In this document: positions 45,680 to 58,738 of the stretch, in pieces
Layout: each line of letters opens with the position of its first letter
Numbering within the stretch: position 1 is the first letter of the stretch
Origin: Scenedesmus sp. PABB004
Taxonomy: Eukaryota
DNA: 64,000 nucleotides
NCBI GenBank assembly: GCA_014905635.1
Contig: JABVCE010000019.1
Coordinates: 248,001-312,000, forward strand
Reading direction: 5' to 3'
Notes under the pieces: generated by a model
Seen by the model: the letters and a program-made list of their open reading frames with translations, nothing else
Databases searched by the model: none
Told to the model about the DNA's origin: nothing
Translations under genes and position numbers: made by a program

Positions 45680-47545
45680 ATGGCCCCCCCCTCGCGCGCG
45701 CGGCTGCTGTTGGTGGTTCTAGTCATGCTTGCACTCGTGCTGGGCGCTGCCGGGCACGAGCAAGCCGGATACGGCAGCGGCGGCCGCGGCGGCGGGCCGA
45801 TCTTTCGCATCAGCGGCTTCAAGGACGTCACCGGTGCGCGTGAGGGCTGCCATCGGCAGCCCAATGTCAGAGCTGCCACTGGCGCTGGCGCGGCTCGCCA
45901 ACCGCGACTGTCCTGCCCGCGCGCCGCGCTGCCACGCCGCAGCCTACATCTTTCAGCGCGTGCAGGCGCGCCTGGCCAAACAGCTGAATGTGACGGTTAA
46001 GTACGGTGCGTGAAACAGAGGTGCTGCGCCGCTGCCTGCAGCCGCGCCCGACACTCACGCCAGCGAGCGCCTGCGCGTGCCGGACACCCCCAAACAGTGC
46101 GCAACGCTGACGAGGCGCACGCCGACCTGCGCAACGCGTCCTACTCGCTGGTGCGACGCACGCGGTGGCTTGTTGGATTTGGCCCCAGCCGCCGCCCGCT
46201 GCCGAGCAGCTTGTCCTGTGCTCACTCGCCACTCGCCCGTTCGCGCGCGACATGCAGGTCATGTTTAGCTACGACGATGTGTTGTCGATGGCGCTGCAAG
46301 AGAACTACTCAAACATCGCTGCTGCGTGGCCAGTGCACGGCAGCGGCATGGTGCGGGCAGCTGGGGGGCGCCGCCGCTGCCGCCGCCGCGCTATCGCCCA
46401 TCGCAGCCGCCAGCACGCGGCTGCGACCCCGCCCGTGCCTCGCCGTGCTGCTCGCGCCGCCACGGCTCCAGGCGCTGTGCGGCACGATCAACGTTGGCAG
46501 CGGCAAGGTGCGCGTCGGCATCGACACCAACACGGGTGCGCCTGGCCACGCACCATGGGGGCTGGTTCCCCTGGCTGCCGCCGAGCCGGCCCCTCACCCC
46601 ACACGCCCCACCCTCGCCTAGGCTATGCGCGCATGCTGCGGCAGCAACTGAAGAAGACGCTCAATGCGGCAGACTATGCGGCGATCAACTGGGTTTATGC
46701 TGGCGCCACAAACCTGCGCTACGAGCAGCTCAGGGAAGGCACGCTGGTGTGCGGCCGCAGGGCAGGGCGCGCGGCGCCGCGGGCGGCCTGGGCGCCCCAC
46801 CTGAGCCGTCTGCCTGCCGCCCCGCGCCGTGCTGCCTTGCGCCACGCTAAGGACGCGACACTGCTCAACGTGCCTTTCACGTCCCTGCTGCCCGCCGGCA
46901 TCAGCTGCCGACCGTTCTACCTGGTGACAGGCATCATCCAGGTGGGGCGACGCCGCGTGCGTGTGATGCGAGAGCAGCAGTGCGGGTCGCAGCCTGCGCT
47001 CGACGGCGGCCGCTCAGCACGAGCCGACAAACGGGCTGCCCGCACCCCCCCCCCCCCGCGTGCACGCGCCGGCGCGCGCAGGGCTCGGTTGGCGTGGTGC
47101 AGCGGAGCGCGCTGCGTGATGAGGCGCGCGCGCGCAAGCTCACGACGTTCCTGGGCGCCTTCAAGAAAGAGGTGCTGGGCATGCTGCTCGATCCTGCAAA
47201 CACCAAGCGTGGCCTGGCTGGGTTCTACAACACCACGCCAGAGGTGGCGGCTAGCATCTACACCAGCCTGTGGCAGCCCGACGGTGCGCCACTGCGCGCC
47301 GCCCTGCTGCCTGCGTGCGGGGCTGGTCGAACTCCCGCGGCGCTCACACTGTCTGCTCGCTTCAACCCCCGCTTCGCCGCCGTGCTTCAATGCGTGCAGG
47401 CCTGCTGACCGCTTTCTGCTTCAACGCCACGCGGCTGTCCAACACCGAGTCAATCTTTGCTGCCGACACTGGCATCCCAATCCCCAAGCAGCGCTGGTGG
47501 GTAAAGGACTGGGGCTGCACACACCGCGATGGTACGCTCAACTGA
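45680..47545 (+). CDS. Secreted protein resembling bacterial NMT1/THI5/SsuA-type ABC substrate-binding proteins, 9 exons
   Basis: Signal peptide RLLLVVLVMLALVLGAAG; exons join in frame to VGIDTNT|GYARML...AGATNLRYEQLREGTL|DATLLNVPF...IQ|GSVGVVQR...LTTFLGAF; TGTAA at 47871. Confidence 0.7.
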
Positions 47546-48960
47546 GTGCGCTTGCTTGACGCGCCACGTCGGCCCACAACAGAGCGCAACCCGATTGCAC
47601 CGTGAAGGCGACGCTCTGTTGTTTTCACTGCACTGCCTTGCCTCTTGATCTGCTCTCTGTGGCTGAGACGTCTTGGTACCTTCTGCCACTGCTGTGGCCG
47701 CGGAAGAGTTCGCTGGCATTGATTGTCTTGGACGCCGTCGAACGCGCGCGGCCGCAGTGCGCTCGATTGGCTGCGGCGCACGCAGCACTCGCGTGTTGTA
47801 TGCGGGTTCGTCCGCACGCCCAGTGCGGTGCGCGTCCCAGCGCGCCTGGGGGGAGTTGTGGTGCGGGAGTTGTAAAAGAGTGGTCCCTCTTTTGCGCCTT
47901 TCTGCCCAGCACGGCGTGTGGCCCGCGGGGCCGATGGCATGTGGTTGCGTGGCTGGCAGTGCTGGGAGTGCTCGGCGACGGGGGTGAGCAGACAGAGCAC
48001 ACGTGCACTCACCCGCATGCAAAACGAAGACGGCAATCGCCCAGCTGCATGCGCGTTTGGGTTGGGTTGGGCGTGCTGCGCCGGTGCCGGCATGTGAGGT
48101 ACCAGTGCGAGCCCGCGGATTCGCCAGGCCATGTTGCGGCGGACGACCTGCTCAGCCGATGAATCGTTGCTCTACGTGCTCGGCAGGCGCTGGCCACACG
48201 GTGGCCTGTGGCTGAGGTGCGCGTGCAGAGCACAGCGGCGGCACGGCGGCAGTGGCCGCGCCTGGCGGCAGAGTGCCGCTCCACGCAGCACCCGGCTGGC
48301 GGCGAGCGGCGCCCCCGTGGTGTTTGCACGGCTTGCTGCGTGTGCCGCTGCCTCTGTGCCGTCACTGAGCACGCTGCACTCCCGGGGCGGTTGATGGCGT
48401 CGGACTGGTTGGCGGGGGCGCGCGCGCATTGGCGGGGGTGCTGATCGGCGCCTGCGGGGGTGGTTGGGGTACGGTAGGTCTTCTGGTGGCGGCGGCGGGC
48501 TGCTGAATATTGTTGCTATTGGAGGCAGCGCGCCGCCAAGAGGGTGCGGGTGGGGCAATGGGTGGATGTGGGCTGCTGACCCCGCCGCGCGCAGGTTTTT
48601 GCAGTTTGGGTCCACGTGAGCCCATTAGCCTGTCGTTGTACTTGTACCATGCTCTCTAACTCTGTCCTTTAAGGACGCGTGGCCAAATGCCACGCAAGCG
48701 CTAGGCGTGAGCACTGCCTGGAGTGTTTGCATCCGGCGGCCGGTGTGCAGGCGCGGCCCCATGGTGGCGGCGCGTGGGCAGGATCGCCCCTCCCGGGCGC
48801 GACGCCTAGGACGGTGGTTGGCTGCCCTCGTCGAAGTGACATTGTTATTGTTGAGTGAAGTTGGTGTGGGTTGCACCGGTTTTACCCAATTGTCTCCAGT
48901 CCACACCTCTCCTTGGGGGGGGGGAGCTGAGGTTCCTGCATCACCGTCCCGGCAAGGAGC

Positions 48961-49985
48961 GCAGAGAGGCAGGCGGTGGGGCGGGCGGCTGCGAACAGCA
49001 GCAGCCCCCCCCCCTCGCCCCTTCGCCCCACGCACCGCTCAGCGGTGCGCGCGCGTTGCAGCCGGCGGTCATGACCGCCAATTGATCACAGATGCCGCGC
49101 GGCCAGGTCATGGCCTGAATAAGCTTTGATTGAATCAATCAAAGTCGCGACAGGGTGCTTTGCCGCTGCCATCAGCAAGACACAGCGCAAGAGATGAAGG
49201 CAGTGCTCCAGTTCATCCGGCCGCGAGGGCCGGGATGCGTCGCAGCCGCGCCGGCCCGAGCTCAGGCGCCGTTCACAGTGCCGTGGCAAGTGCCGTGCAG
49301 CGCACCCGCGAACAGGACTCCTTTCCCACCCCAACTGGCAATGCGCTGGCCCAAGAGAGGACGCACAGTCAGGGGTTCACAGAGTTGTTCACGCGTTGCC
49401 GCCCGCGTCGCCGCCGCACTGCGCCGGAACGCGCGCCGCGGCCGCTGCGCCGGTGTACATGTAGCGAAGCCGCAGGCTTTCGCACGTGAGCGTGGCAGCG
49501 CCGCGAACACGCGCGCCGTCCGCGCCCCACGCGCCCCACGCGGCCGCGCTCGCGTCCCACTCGTCGTGCGCGTTGACCGTCACCACCGCCTCGACCCACA
49601 CGGGCGCGCCCGGCGCCAGCGCGCGCAGCGCGGGGGCCTTGGCCACGAGGCGGTCCAGGCCGGGGCCCATGGCCACCTCGGCGACGACCGCCACGGTCAC
49701 GCCGCCGCCCTCGACGGCGTCAAAGTGCACCTGCGCGCGCGTGCGTGCGCGGCGGCAGGACGGCTGTGAGCAGGCGCGGGCGCGGGCCACACGCCCAAAA
49801 CCCTCGTCGTCATCGCCGTCCTGCACCCCAGACCTAAACCCCGCCCGCCGCACTCTTGAACCGCACCTCGAAGCCCTTGGCCGTGAAGGCCGGCGCCTGG
49901 CCGTAGCCGTCCAGGAGCTCCGCCAGCGCCAGCCCAAACGGCATGCGTCGCAGGAGCAGCGCGAGGCGCACCGACGCGCCCGTGC
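48961..49985. repeat. Direct repeat copy B (~1 kb), overlapping the functional 3' end of the RCC1/SH3b-like gene
   Basis: Paired with 44197-45235. Confidence 0.93.
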
Positions 49986-52900
49986 GCAGCCACAGCCCGA
50001 GCGTCGGGCCGCTGCGCTGGTGCACGTAGAGCGTCGCTGGCCGCTCGCCGGCGTCGGACGTGGGCGGGAGGGAGAAGAACTCCCCGAGCGTGAAGTTGAC
50101 CGGGTAGGGCGCGGCGCCGGTCGCGAGCAGCTGCCAGCCGCCGCGCGTGCGCCCCGCCGTCAGCGCGCCCGTGAGGCGCAGCGCGAGCCCGAGCTCCAGC
50201 GGCGCGCGCGCGCGCGCCGGGGGCGCCTCAGGGACGTAGGTCCCAAACGGCAGCGCCGCGCGCAGCGCGAGCGCGGCGGGCGTGAGCGACGAGACGAAGA
50301 GCTGCCCGGCCGCCGTGTACTCGCGCTGGCGCTCGACAGCGTCGGGCGCCGCGCCGTCGAGGGCGCGCGCGAAGTCAAAGGGGTCCCAAGCGCGTGCCGT
50401 TGTGCTGAAGTGCCCGTCCACGCTCAGACCGACCTGGCGCACCATCGCGTGGTGCGTGACCTCCACGTCCAGCCGCCCCGTCGCCGCGGCGCCGCCGCCG
50501 CCGGCCGTCGCAGCGGCGTCGAGCAGCGCCGGGCCGGCGAGGTTGAGGTGTAGTGGCACGCCGTGCAGCGCCCAGAGGAAATCACCGTGGCAGGGGTTGG
50601 CCGCGACGCAAAACGCGCTGTCCGGGATCAGCTGCGCGCGCGGCGGCGCGTGGAGGCGGGCTCAGGGCTTGCCGCGCGCCGTGGCACCCGCTAACGCGCG
50701 GGCTGCGGGGCACGAGCGCCTGGGCCTCACTCAACCCTCAACCCTCAACCCTGAAAAGCCCTGTCCTAAACCCTGAGCTCCTGAAAGGGCCCCTTGCGCC
50801 CCAAAAGCACTCACGTCCATGAGGTCATACAGGAAGCGGCCGTCGGGCCCGGCGAGCCACGGCACCGCGCGGCGAACGAGCGGCTCGAGCCCGCCTGTCG
50901 CGCCGGCGACGCCCCACACAAAGCTCTGGCGCTCCAGCGGCCCCCGCGCGGGACGGGCAGCCCGCGGCAGGAGCGGTAGAGCGCGGCGACCGCGCCCGCC
51001 GCGGCGCCGACGCCCGGCAGGCCGCGCGTCGCGTTGGCCGCGCCGCGCCGCGCGGCGAGGTCGGCGCGCAGCGCGGCGCTCAGCGCCGCGGGCGGGCCGT
51101 CGCGCAGCGCGGCGCCCGTCGCGACGGGGAGGCCGCAGCCCACGTGCGGCCCCGACGGCGCCGGCGCCGCGGCGGTGAGGTAGCGCGCGACGGCGCTGGC
51201 GACGCTCAGGGGCACCAGGTCGGACAGCGCCAGGCGGTCCGCGCGCGCAAAGAGTGTCGCGTTGCCGAGCGGCCCCCAGCTGCCCAGACGCCAGGTCGCG
51301 AGGTCGACGCCGCGCAGGCAGTCCAGGCCCGGGCAGCCGGCAGGCGGCGTGGCAGCCAGGAGCGCGCTCGGCAGGCCGGGCTGGGCGAGCTCGGCGCCGG
51401 GCGCTGCGCGGGGTGCGGGGCGGGGTGGCGGGGTCGGCGCGGCCGGCGGCGCAAAGCAGGCGCGGCGGCGCCAGGCGTCCCGCTGCTGCTAAACCCAGAC
51501 CCCGGGCCTCACCGATGCGCTGGCAGACCCGGCGGCGTCGCACGAGCCACCGCAGGCCCCCGCGGCGCAGGGGAAGGTGCAGGGGCTGCCGGCCGCGAGC
51601 GGCTGCCCGCCGCGGCTGCACTTGCCCGTCGCGGGGTCGCACGTGCGCGGCGCGCGGCAGGGGCCGACCGCGGGGCAGGCGACGCCGGTGCAGTAGTCTG
51701 CGGCGCGGCGGCGCGGGACGGGCTCAGGGCTCAGGTCTCACGGGCCAGGGCTCGGGGCTCGCGACCTCGACCCCGGGCCCCTGAGCTAGCAGCCCCACTG
51801 GACCCCTTGAACCCTCATAGATCCCAACTAAAACCCTTGACGCACCGCAGTAGTGATCCACAAAGTATGAGTGACCGCCCGAGGTCTCGCAGCTGGAGTC
51901 CACCCAGTGCGACCCGCGCGCCGGCGCCGCGACAGGCACCCAGCCCTCGAGCGGGCGCCCGCCGAGCTCTGCGCGCGCGCGCACCCAGCAGTACGGGTCG
52001 GCGGCCTTGTCGGCGCAGCCGCTCGTCTGGCGGCTCGCGTCGCCGTAGTACAGGAAACGTGCGCCGGGGGCGAAGTCCTGGTCTGACAGGCGCAGCGCCT
52101 GGTCGAAGCAGGGGCGCGCAAAGAGCGAGACGCCGGCGACCGGGAACGACCGCACCTGGTGGCAGCCCCACGTCGGCGGGTGCAGCGCTGGGCGGCGGCG
52201 GCGGCGAGAGCGGCGGCGTGAGCCGGAGGGGGGCGGCCGGCGTCGCGGGCGCCGGGCGGCGGGCGCGGCGCGCGGCGCGCACCCTCGCACGCGGCCGTGG
52301 GGCAGCCGCCGACGCGCTCGCCGTCCGCGCCGGCGTCTATCCAACCGAGCTGCTGGTAGCCAGCGCTGTCTTGGTAGCGCACCTGGTGGGGCGGGGTTTG
52401 AGGAGTGCAGGGTTTGAGCAGGGGCCTAAACCCTGGTGCGCCGCACGGCCGCGGCGGCGCCGGCCAGGCCCGCGCGTGCGAGGGCGCGGCGGGGGCGGCG
52501 GCCCTGCACACCATCAGCCACTCGCGCGTTGCGCCGTCGGGCTGCGCCTCGGCCGGCGAGGCGCCGCCGCCGGCGCCGGCGCCGGCCGCGCCCGCCTCGG
52601 CGCACGCGCGGCGCTGCGTGGAATTGGCCACGTAGTCAAACTTGTCGCACTGCTTCAGCAGGCCCACCGCGACGCTGCTGCACGGCTCGGCGACGATCGG
52701 CAGGACGCCCGGCGCCGCGGCGGTACGGCACTCGACGTCGCGCAGCTCCGAGGCTGCGTGCGCGCGGCGCGGGCGCGAGAGCGGGGGAAGGAGCCTGGTG
52801 AGCGCCGCGCGCCCACGGCGTGCGCCAAGCCCTGCGCCTTGCGGTGCGCGCCCTCGTGGCCCCCTCAGCCCACACAGACCCAGGCCCTAGGCCCAGGCGC

Positions 52901-55900
52901 TGCGCCGCGCACCGCACACTCCGACCAGCGCCTCCTGGTCGCCGGCGTCGCCGCCGCAGAACGCGTCGGTGAAGCCGCCGGGCCGCGCCTCGCGGGAGAC
53001 CGGCAGGAAGCCCCTGGCAGCGGCGGCGGCGACGCCGGCAGCAGTGCGAGCGCGTGGGCGAGGGCGCGCAGGCGCATGCGAGTGCAGACAGGGGCGCGCG
53101 GCGTGAGCCGCACCTGAACGTGCGGTCCCCCGCGCGGGCGCTGGTCGCGGCAAACTCCACCTCCGCCCAGCACGTGCCGCCCTGCCCGCCCGCGGCCGCG
53201 GCCGCGGCGGGCGCGCCGCCGCAGGCGCTCGTCTGCGTTGACCGCGCATTGACCAGGGCCACGTGGTCCCCGCGCACCAGCGGCGTGGCCAGCACCGCAG
53301 GCGCGGCCGCGCAGGGCGCGGACCGGAGCACGAGACCCTCCCGCGCGGACACCTGGCGGCAGCCGCCGCCGGCGGGGGCTGGCGGTGGCGCCGGCAGTGC
53401 GGGAACGGGCAGTCAGCGGCGCGCCGGGCGCGCGAGAGGCGGCGGCAGAGTGCACCGCACAGGCTCACGGCCGCGGCGCGGCGCGGCTCACCCCACCTTG
53501 CACCGGGCACTCGGCGGCGGGGCACGAGGCGAGCAGCGCGCCGGCGTCGCAGGCGTCGCTCGTGCGGACCCACCGCCCCCGCACGCCGCCGACGCGAAGC
53601 TCAAGCCAGCAGCCGTCCGGGCAGCTCACGCCCTGCGCGGCACGCGGGCGCGCGGCGTGCGGCGCGGCGCTCAGCGTGCGGCGGCGGGTGCGAGGGCCGG
53701 CACCGGCGGGGCTTGGCAAACACCGCGCGCGCCGCCCCACCTTGGGCGCGCCCTGGGCGGGGATGATGAGCTCCACGCGGCGGCAGCGGGCGAGCGTGGC
53801 GGCCGGCGGCGCGCCGGTGCTGCAGGGCTTGGAGAATACCGGCAGGCCGCCGGCCGCGACGACGGCGCGGCACTCGGTGCGGGGCGGCGCGCCGTCCTCA
53901 ACCATCAGATCACCTGCACGGTGGGCGGTGGGGCGCCCAGGGGCGTGGGCGTGGGCCGCAGGCGCGGCGCGCGGCGCGTGGCGCGGCGCGCTCCCCGCCT
54001 GCCGCCTGCCGCGCGCCGGCCCCTCCGCGTGCTGCGGGCGCGCTAGCCGGGCGGGCGGGGCCCTGCCACCGCGCACCGGGGATGCGCACATAGCCCAGCT
54101 CCCCGTTCTCGTTGGAGCCCCAGCAGCTCACGTCGCCGGCGAACGAGAGGGCGCAGGTGTGGAAGTCGCCGGCCGAGACGCGCGACACGCCCGCGACGCC
54201 CGCCGCCGCCACGGGACCGAGCGGGAAGGACCCGACCTCGCCGTTGCCGAGCTGGCCTGCGGGCGGGCGGGCGGGCGGGCGGGCGGGCACGCTGGTGGGA
54301 GGGGTCGGGACGGCAGGCTCGGGGCCGGCTAGGGCAAGCCCTGGGCGAGCCCAGCTGCGTGCGGCGCGCGCGCGTGCCGGCGGCGCGGCGGCGGCGCGCC
54401 TTGTTCCGGCTCGCCCCAGCAGCGGACGTTGGGCGTCGCGGTGTCGGTCGGCTCGACCTCGAGCGCCGCGCAGCTGTGCGCCCAGCCCGCGGTGACGGCG
54501 GCCACGCGCCCGACGCCCGGCGCGGGCGCGCCGGGGCTCAGCTGCGGCGGCGCGCCCGCCTGCACGGGCAGGCCCAGCTGGCCCTTGTGGTTGTCCTGCG
54601 GCGCACAGAGGGGAGAGTCGGGACGCAGGCCGGCCGCGGCGCGCGCGCGGATGGCGGGCGCGCGGGCGGCAGGCTGCGCAAGGGCCGTGGGCGCAGCGGC
54701 CGCTCACCCCCCAGCAGACGACGCCACCGGATGCGCCGCCAAGGCCGGCGCAGGTGTGGAGGTAGCCTGCTGCAATGTGGATTACGTTGGCCAGCCCGGG
54801 GACCTTGACCGGCGAGAGCCGCTGCTGCGTCGTGCCGTCGCCCAGCTGGCCAAAGTCGTTGGCCCCCTGCGGCGGCGCCGGCGCCGGTCGCGCGCGCGCA
54901 GCGCCGGCGCCCGTCGCGCGGCGCCGCGCTGCGCAGCAGCTCACGCCCGTGCACATGCCCGTGCGCGCGTGCGCGCCCTGGTTGCCGCCCGGCGCTCACC
55001 CAGCAACTCGCGGACCCGTCGGCGTGCGCGACGCACGTGTGGCGGGTGCCTGCGCTCACGGCAACGACGCCCGACAGCCCAGGCACCACCACGGGCGAGA
55101 GCCGATCCTCAGTGGTGCCGTCCCCGAGCTGGCCAAACCTGCGGCGGGGGGGGGGGGGGGGGCTGTGAGCTAGCAGTGTGCCGAGCGGCTCAATGGCGGC
55201 TCAATGGCGGCGTGCCGCTGCGCAGCACCCTGGGGTGCGGCGGCTGCACGGCGGCGGCGGCGGCCGCACCGGTTCGAGCCCCAGCAGCTGAGCGTGGCAT
55301 CCTGCAGCACGAGGCAGCTGGTCGAGTCGCCCAGTGACATGATGTGCCGCGGCAGGGCGCCCCCCGGCGCCGCAGCGGCGGCGGTCACGCCCGGCACGAG
55401 GCGCGGCGTGAGCTGGCCCACGCGCGTGCCGATGCCGAGCTGGCCGTCTGCGCGGCGCGGTGGGCGGGGTGTGGCGTGGTGGCGAGCGGATGCGGATGAG
55501 TCAATGCGCGGGGCAGCCAACTGCGACCGCGAGCGCACGCACGCCCACCCCTGCGCCGCTCGCGCACTCACCCTCGTTGCTGCCCCAGCACGAGACGCTG
55601 CCGTTGGTGGCGACCGCGCAGGTGTGCTCGTTGCCGGCGGCGACCACGACCGCGTCGGTGAGGCCGACGACGGGGTGCGGGACGGGGCTCGGGAGCGTGC
55701 CGCCCGTGCCCAGCTGCCCGCGGCTGCGCGCGCGCACGCAGGCGCGCGCGGGGCGAGCGGGCGGGCAGGCGGGCGGCGCGGTCAGCGCGGCGCGGCAGCT
55801 GGGCGGGGCGGCCGGGGGCCGCGGCGCCGCCGCCGCTCACTCGTTGTCACCGAAGCAAACCGCGCGGCCGCTCTCGAGGACGGCACACTGCGCGGCCGCG

Positions 55901-55986
55901 GAGCGCGGGCGCGCGTGCGGGCGGTCAGCGCTAGCGCGACCCGGCGCTCCGGCGCGGCCCCCAGCCCGCCATCAACGCCGCCCAGA

Positions 55987-56033
<47 letters not shown>

Positions 56034-56748
56034 CGGCAGCGCACCGTGTGCCTGTGGTCGGCCGAGAGCGACACCGCGCGGCCGCCGAGGCGCGTCACCA
56101 CTGCGGGCGTGCGGCGGGACGTGCCGTCGCCCAGCTGATAGAACATATTGTCTGTGTGTGTGGAAGAGGGGGGGGAGGGGCATTGGGATCAGTGAGCAGC
56201 CGAATTCGTGATCCGGGTGGGAGTGGAGCCCTCCCGCGCGCGCGGCAGCGCCGCACCGCCCCAGCAGGTCACCGCCACGCCGGCGAGCGGCGCGGCGCCG
56301 CCGCCGGTGATCGCGCAGGTGTGGTCGCCGCCCGCGGCGACGCGGCGCACGCCGGTCAGCGCCGCGACGAGCAGCGGCGCCGACGAGTCAGCGATGGAAG
56401 GGCTGCCCAGCTTGGAGAAGGCGTTTGACCCCCAGCATACCGCGGAGCCGTTCAGCAGCGCGGCGCACCTGGCGCGGAGGAAGGGAGGGAGGGAGGCGGG
56501 GCGCAGGGGCGGGCGGGAGGGTGGGCCCCGCGGCGCGGCGCGGCGCGGCGCGGTGCCCGCGCGCGAAGGACGCCCCGGCTCACGTGTGGCGGTCGCCGGC
56601 CGACAGGGAGTGCACGTCCCGGAGCCCGGGGACGGTGAGCGGGCGTGCGCTGAACTGCAGGCCCGGTTCGCCCAGCTGCAGGTTGGCGTTGGACCCCCAG
56701 CACGCCACCTCGCCGCCGGCCGCGAGCACGACGCACCTGCACCCGCGT

Positions 56749-56788
<40 letters not shown>

Positions 56789-58357
56789 GGGCATGGACGC
56801 GAGCACGCGCTGCGCGTGCTGCCGCGCAGCGCAGTGCCGCTCGCGTGGCCAGGCTCGACGGCGCTGCCGCACGTGTGGTCGTCGCCGGCGGTCAGGGTGT
56901 GGCGCCCCGCCTCAATCAGCACCGGCCCGAGCCCGACCACCGGCGCCGGCGCGGCGCGGTCCGTGGTGGTGCCGTCGCCCAGCTGGCCCTGCGCGTTGCT
57001 CCCAAAGCAGCTCACGATGCCCCCGGGCGTCGCTGCGGGGCGGGGGCGCGTCAGTGGCCGCACCGGCGTCGCCGGTGGCGTCGCGCCGTCGTGCGCGCGC
57101 GCGCACGCACCGGTGCAGGAGTGGCCGCCGCCCGCGACCGCGGCCGCGACAGGCCCGAGCCCCGGCACCGGCCGCGGACTGGTCTGCGGCCCGCCCGGCG
57201 CGCCGCCGCACTGCCCGTGCGCGTTGCTCCCCCTGCGCGCGCGGCGGCGGCGGCGGTGGGGGCGGTTGCGGCCACGTCGCCGGGAGGGCTTTGACGGCAC
57301 CCCGCCTCACGGCCGTCCGCACCAGCAGTATGCCGTCTCGCCGACCAGCGCCAGTGTGTGCTGCGCGTCGGCCGACAGGCTGGTCGCGCCCGCCAGGCCC
57401 GGCACTGCCACGGCCCCCCTCACCCACTGCGTGCTGTTCACCCCGAGTTGCCCTGCACGCGTGGCGGCGGTCGGGCGGTCGGCTCCCCGCGCGGCGGGCG
57501 GCCGCCCGCTCCGCAGCCGCGCGCGCGCGGGGCGCACCCGCCGAGTTGCCGCCCCAGCACGCCACGCCGCCGTCCACCAGCGCGCAGCTGTCGTAATCGC
57601 CCACGCTCACGGCCGCGACGTGGTGCAGCGCCTCCACCGCGACCGGCGCAGCGCGGTCGGTGACGCTGCCATCGCCCAGCTGGCCTGTGGGGGCGCCGCG
57701 GCACAAGGGCGGCACGAGGGCGTGGCATGTGTTCGGCGTCACCGGCGTCACCGGCTGGGGCGCGCTGCCGTTGCTGCTCCCGGCGGAGCGCCGCCGCGGC
57801 CGCACCGAGCTGGTTGCCGCCGAAGCAGCGCGCCGTGCCGTCCTGCAACGACAAGCAGGTGTGCTGGAGGCCCGCCGACACGCTGGTGATGCCGCCGCCG
57901 GCCAGGTCGGGGACGACCGGCAGCGCTTGGCCGCCGCCCGCTGCGCCCGCTGCCGCCGCCGCCGCGCCTCGCGCTGTGGAACGGGGCGGGATCGGGCGGG
58001 GTCAGCAGCCCACCGCGGTCGGCGGCAGGCGCCTGGTGAGAGCAGGGCAGTTCCCTCTCCAGTCCACCGCATCACGGGCGTCCCGGCGCGCGCCTGGCGG
58101 CGGCGCGGCCACAGGGCACGGCCAAAAGCCACCAACACACGGCCCTAGAAGTCATCCGATGCCGTGCGCGGCGCTCCGACAGCGCGACGCGCGGAGGGCG
58201 CCGCAAAGCGGCGCGGCCAGTCCCGCCGAGCGCCCCGTGCGCCGCGGGCCCTTCCGCGCCCACCCCGGGCCGCTGACGCGCCCAGCGCACCCGTAGCGGC
58301 CAGTGCCGCGATCAGCAGCAGGAGCGCAGCTCCACCTGAGCTTCGCCATGCCTTCAT
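49389..58357 (-). CDS. Large secreted multidomain protein: signal peptide, ~14 RCC1/BLIP-II repeats, ~4 Cys-rich SH3b-like repeats, beta-rich C-terminal region
   Basis: MKAWRSSGGAALLLLIAALAATG; repeated xAGxxHTCA...VxCWGxNxxGQLGDG; units such as REGLVLRSAPC...LVRGDHVALV...CWAEV...GFLP; many in-frame introns; frameshift ~50945. Confidence 0.75.
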
Positions 58358-58738
58358 CGCGGCCGAACGACCTGCTCAGCCGGCGAACCGCTACTCTACA
58401 TGCTTGGTGGCGTTCCAACGGGCCCTAAGAGTGCCCCCCGCGGCACCGGCCCGGCCGAAAGCGCGCGCCGCCGCCGCCACGGAGCGCCGGCGGTTGTGCC
58501 GCGGCGTCGCAGCGGGCCGCCGCCGCCGCCGTGGAGCGAGATCGTTGCCTGGGCGCCGCTCACGCATCACGGCCGCGCCCGCGGCACCGCGCGGCGCCGC
58601 GTCACCGCCGACCCGCTGTCTGTGCAGACGAGCGCCCCGCTCTCTCTGCACAGCCCGCTGCGAACGCCGCACACTGACCGACCCCCAGTCCACGCCTGCA
58701 CAGCGCCCGAGCCGGCAGCGCGTCGCTCGCCCGCGCGC

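Noticed and set aside
47600..48960. Lower-GC ORFs (e.g. 47602-48162, 48172-48615, 48625-49035) as genes or transposon remnants
   Set aside because: No recognisable motifs or consistent exon structure; left unannotated
6952..50950. Single-base frameshifts in GWD (~6954), MYND (~17945), COQ8 (~26410), ATG11 (~35095), the RCC1/SH3b-like gene (~50945) and also at ~220, read as programmed frameshifting or mass pseudogenisation
   Set aside because: They lie in G/C runs or GC repeats, several within otherwise intact conserved genes; consensus sequencing errors are the simpler explanation, pending read checks
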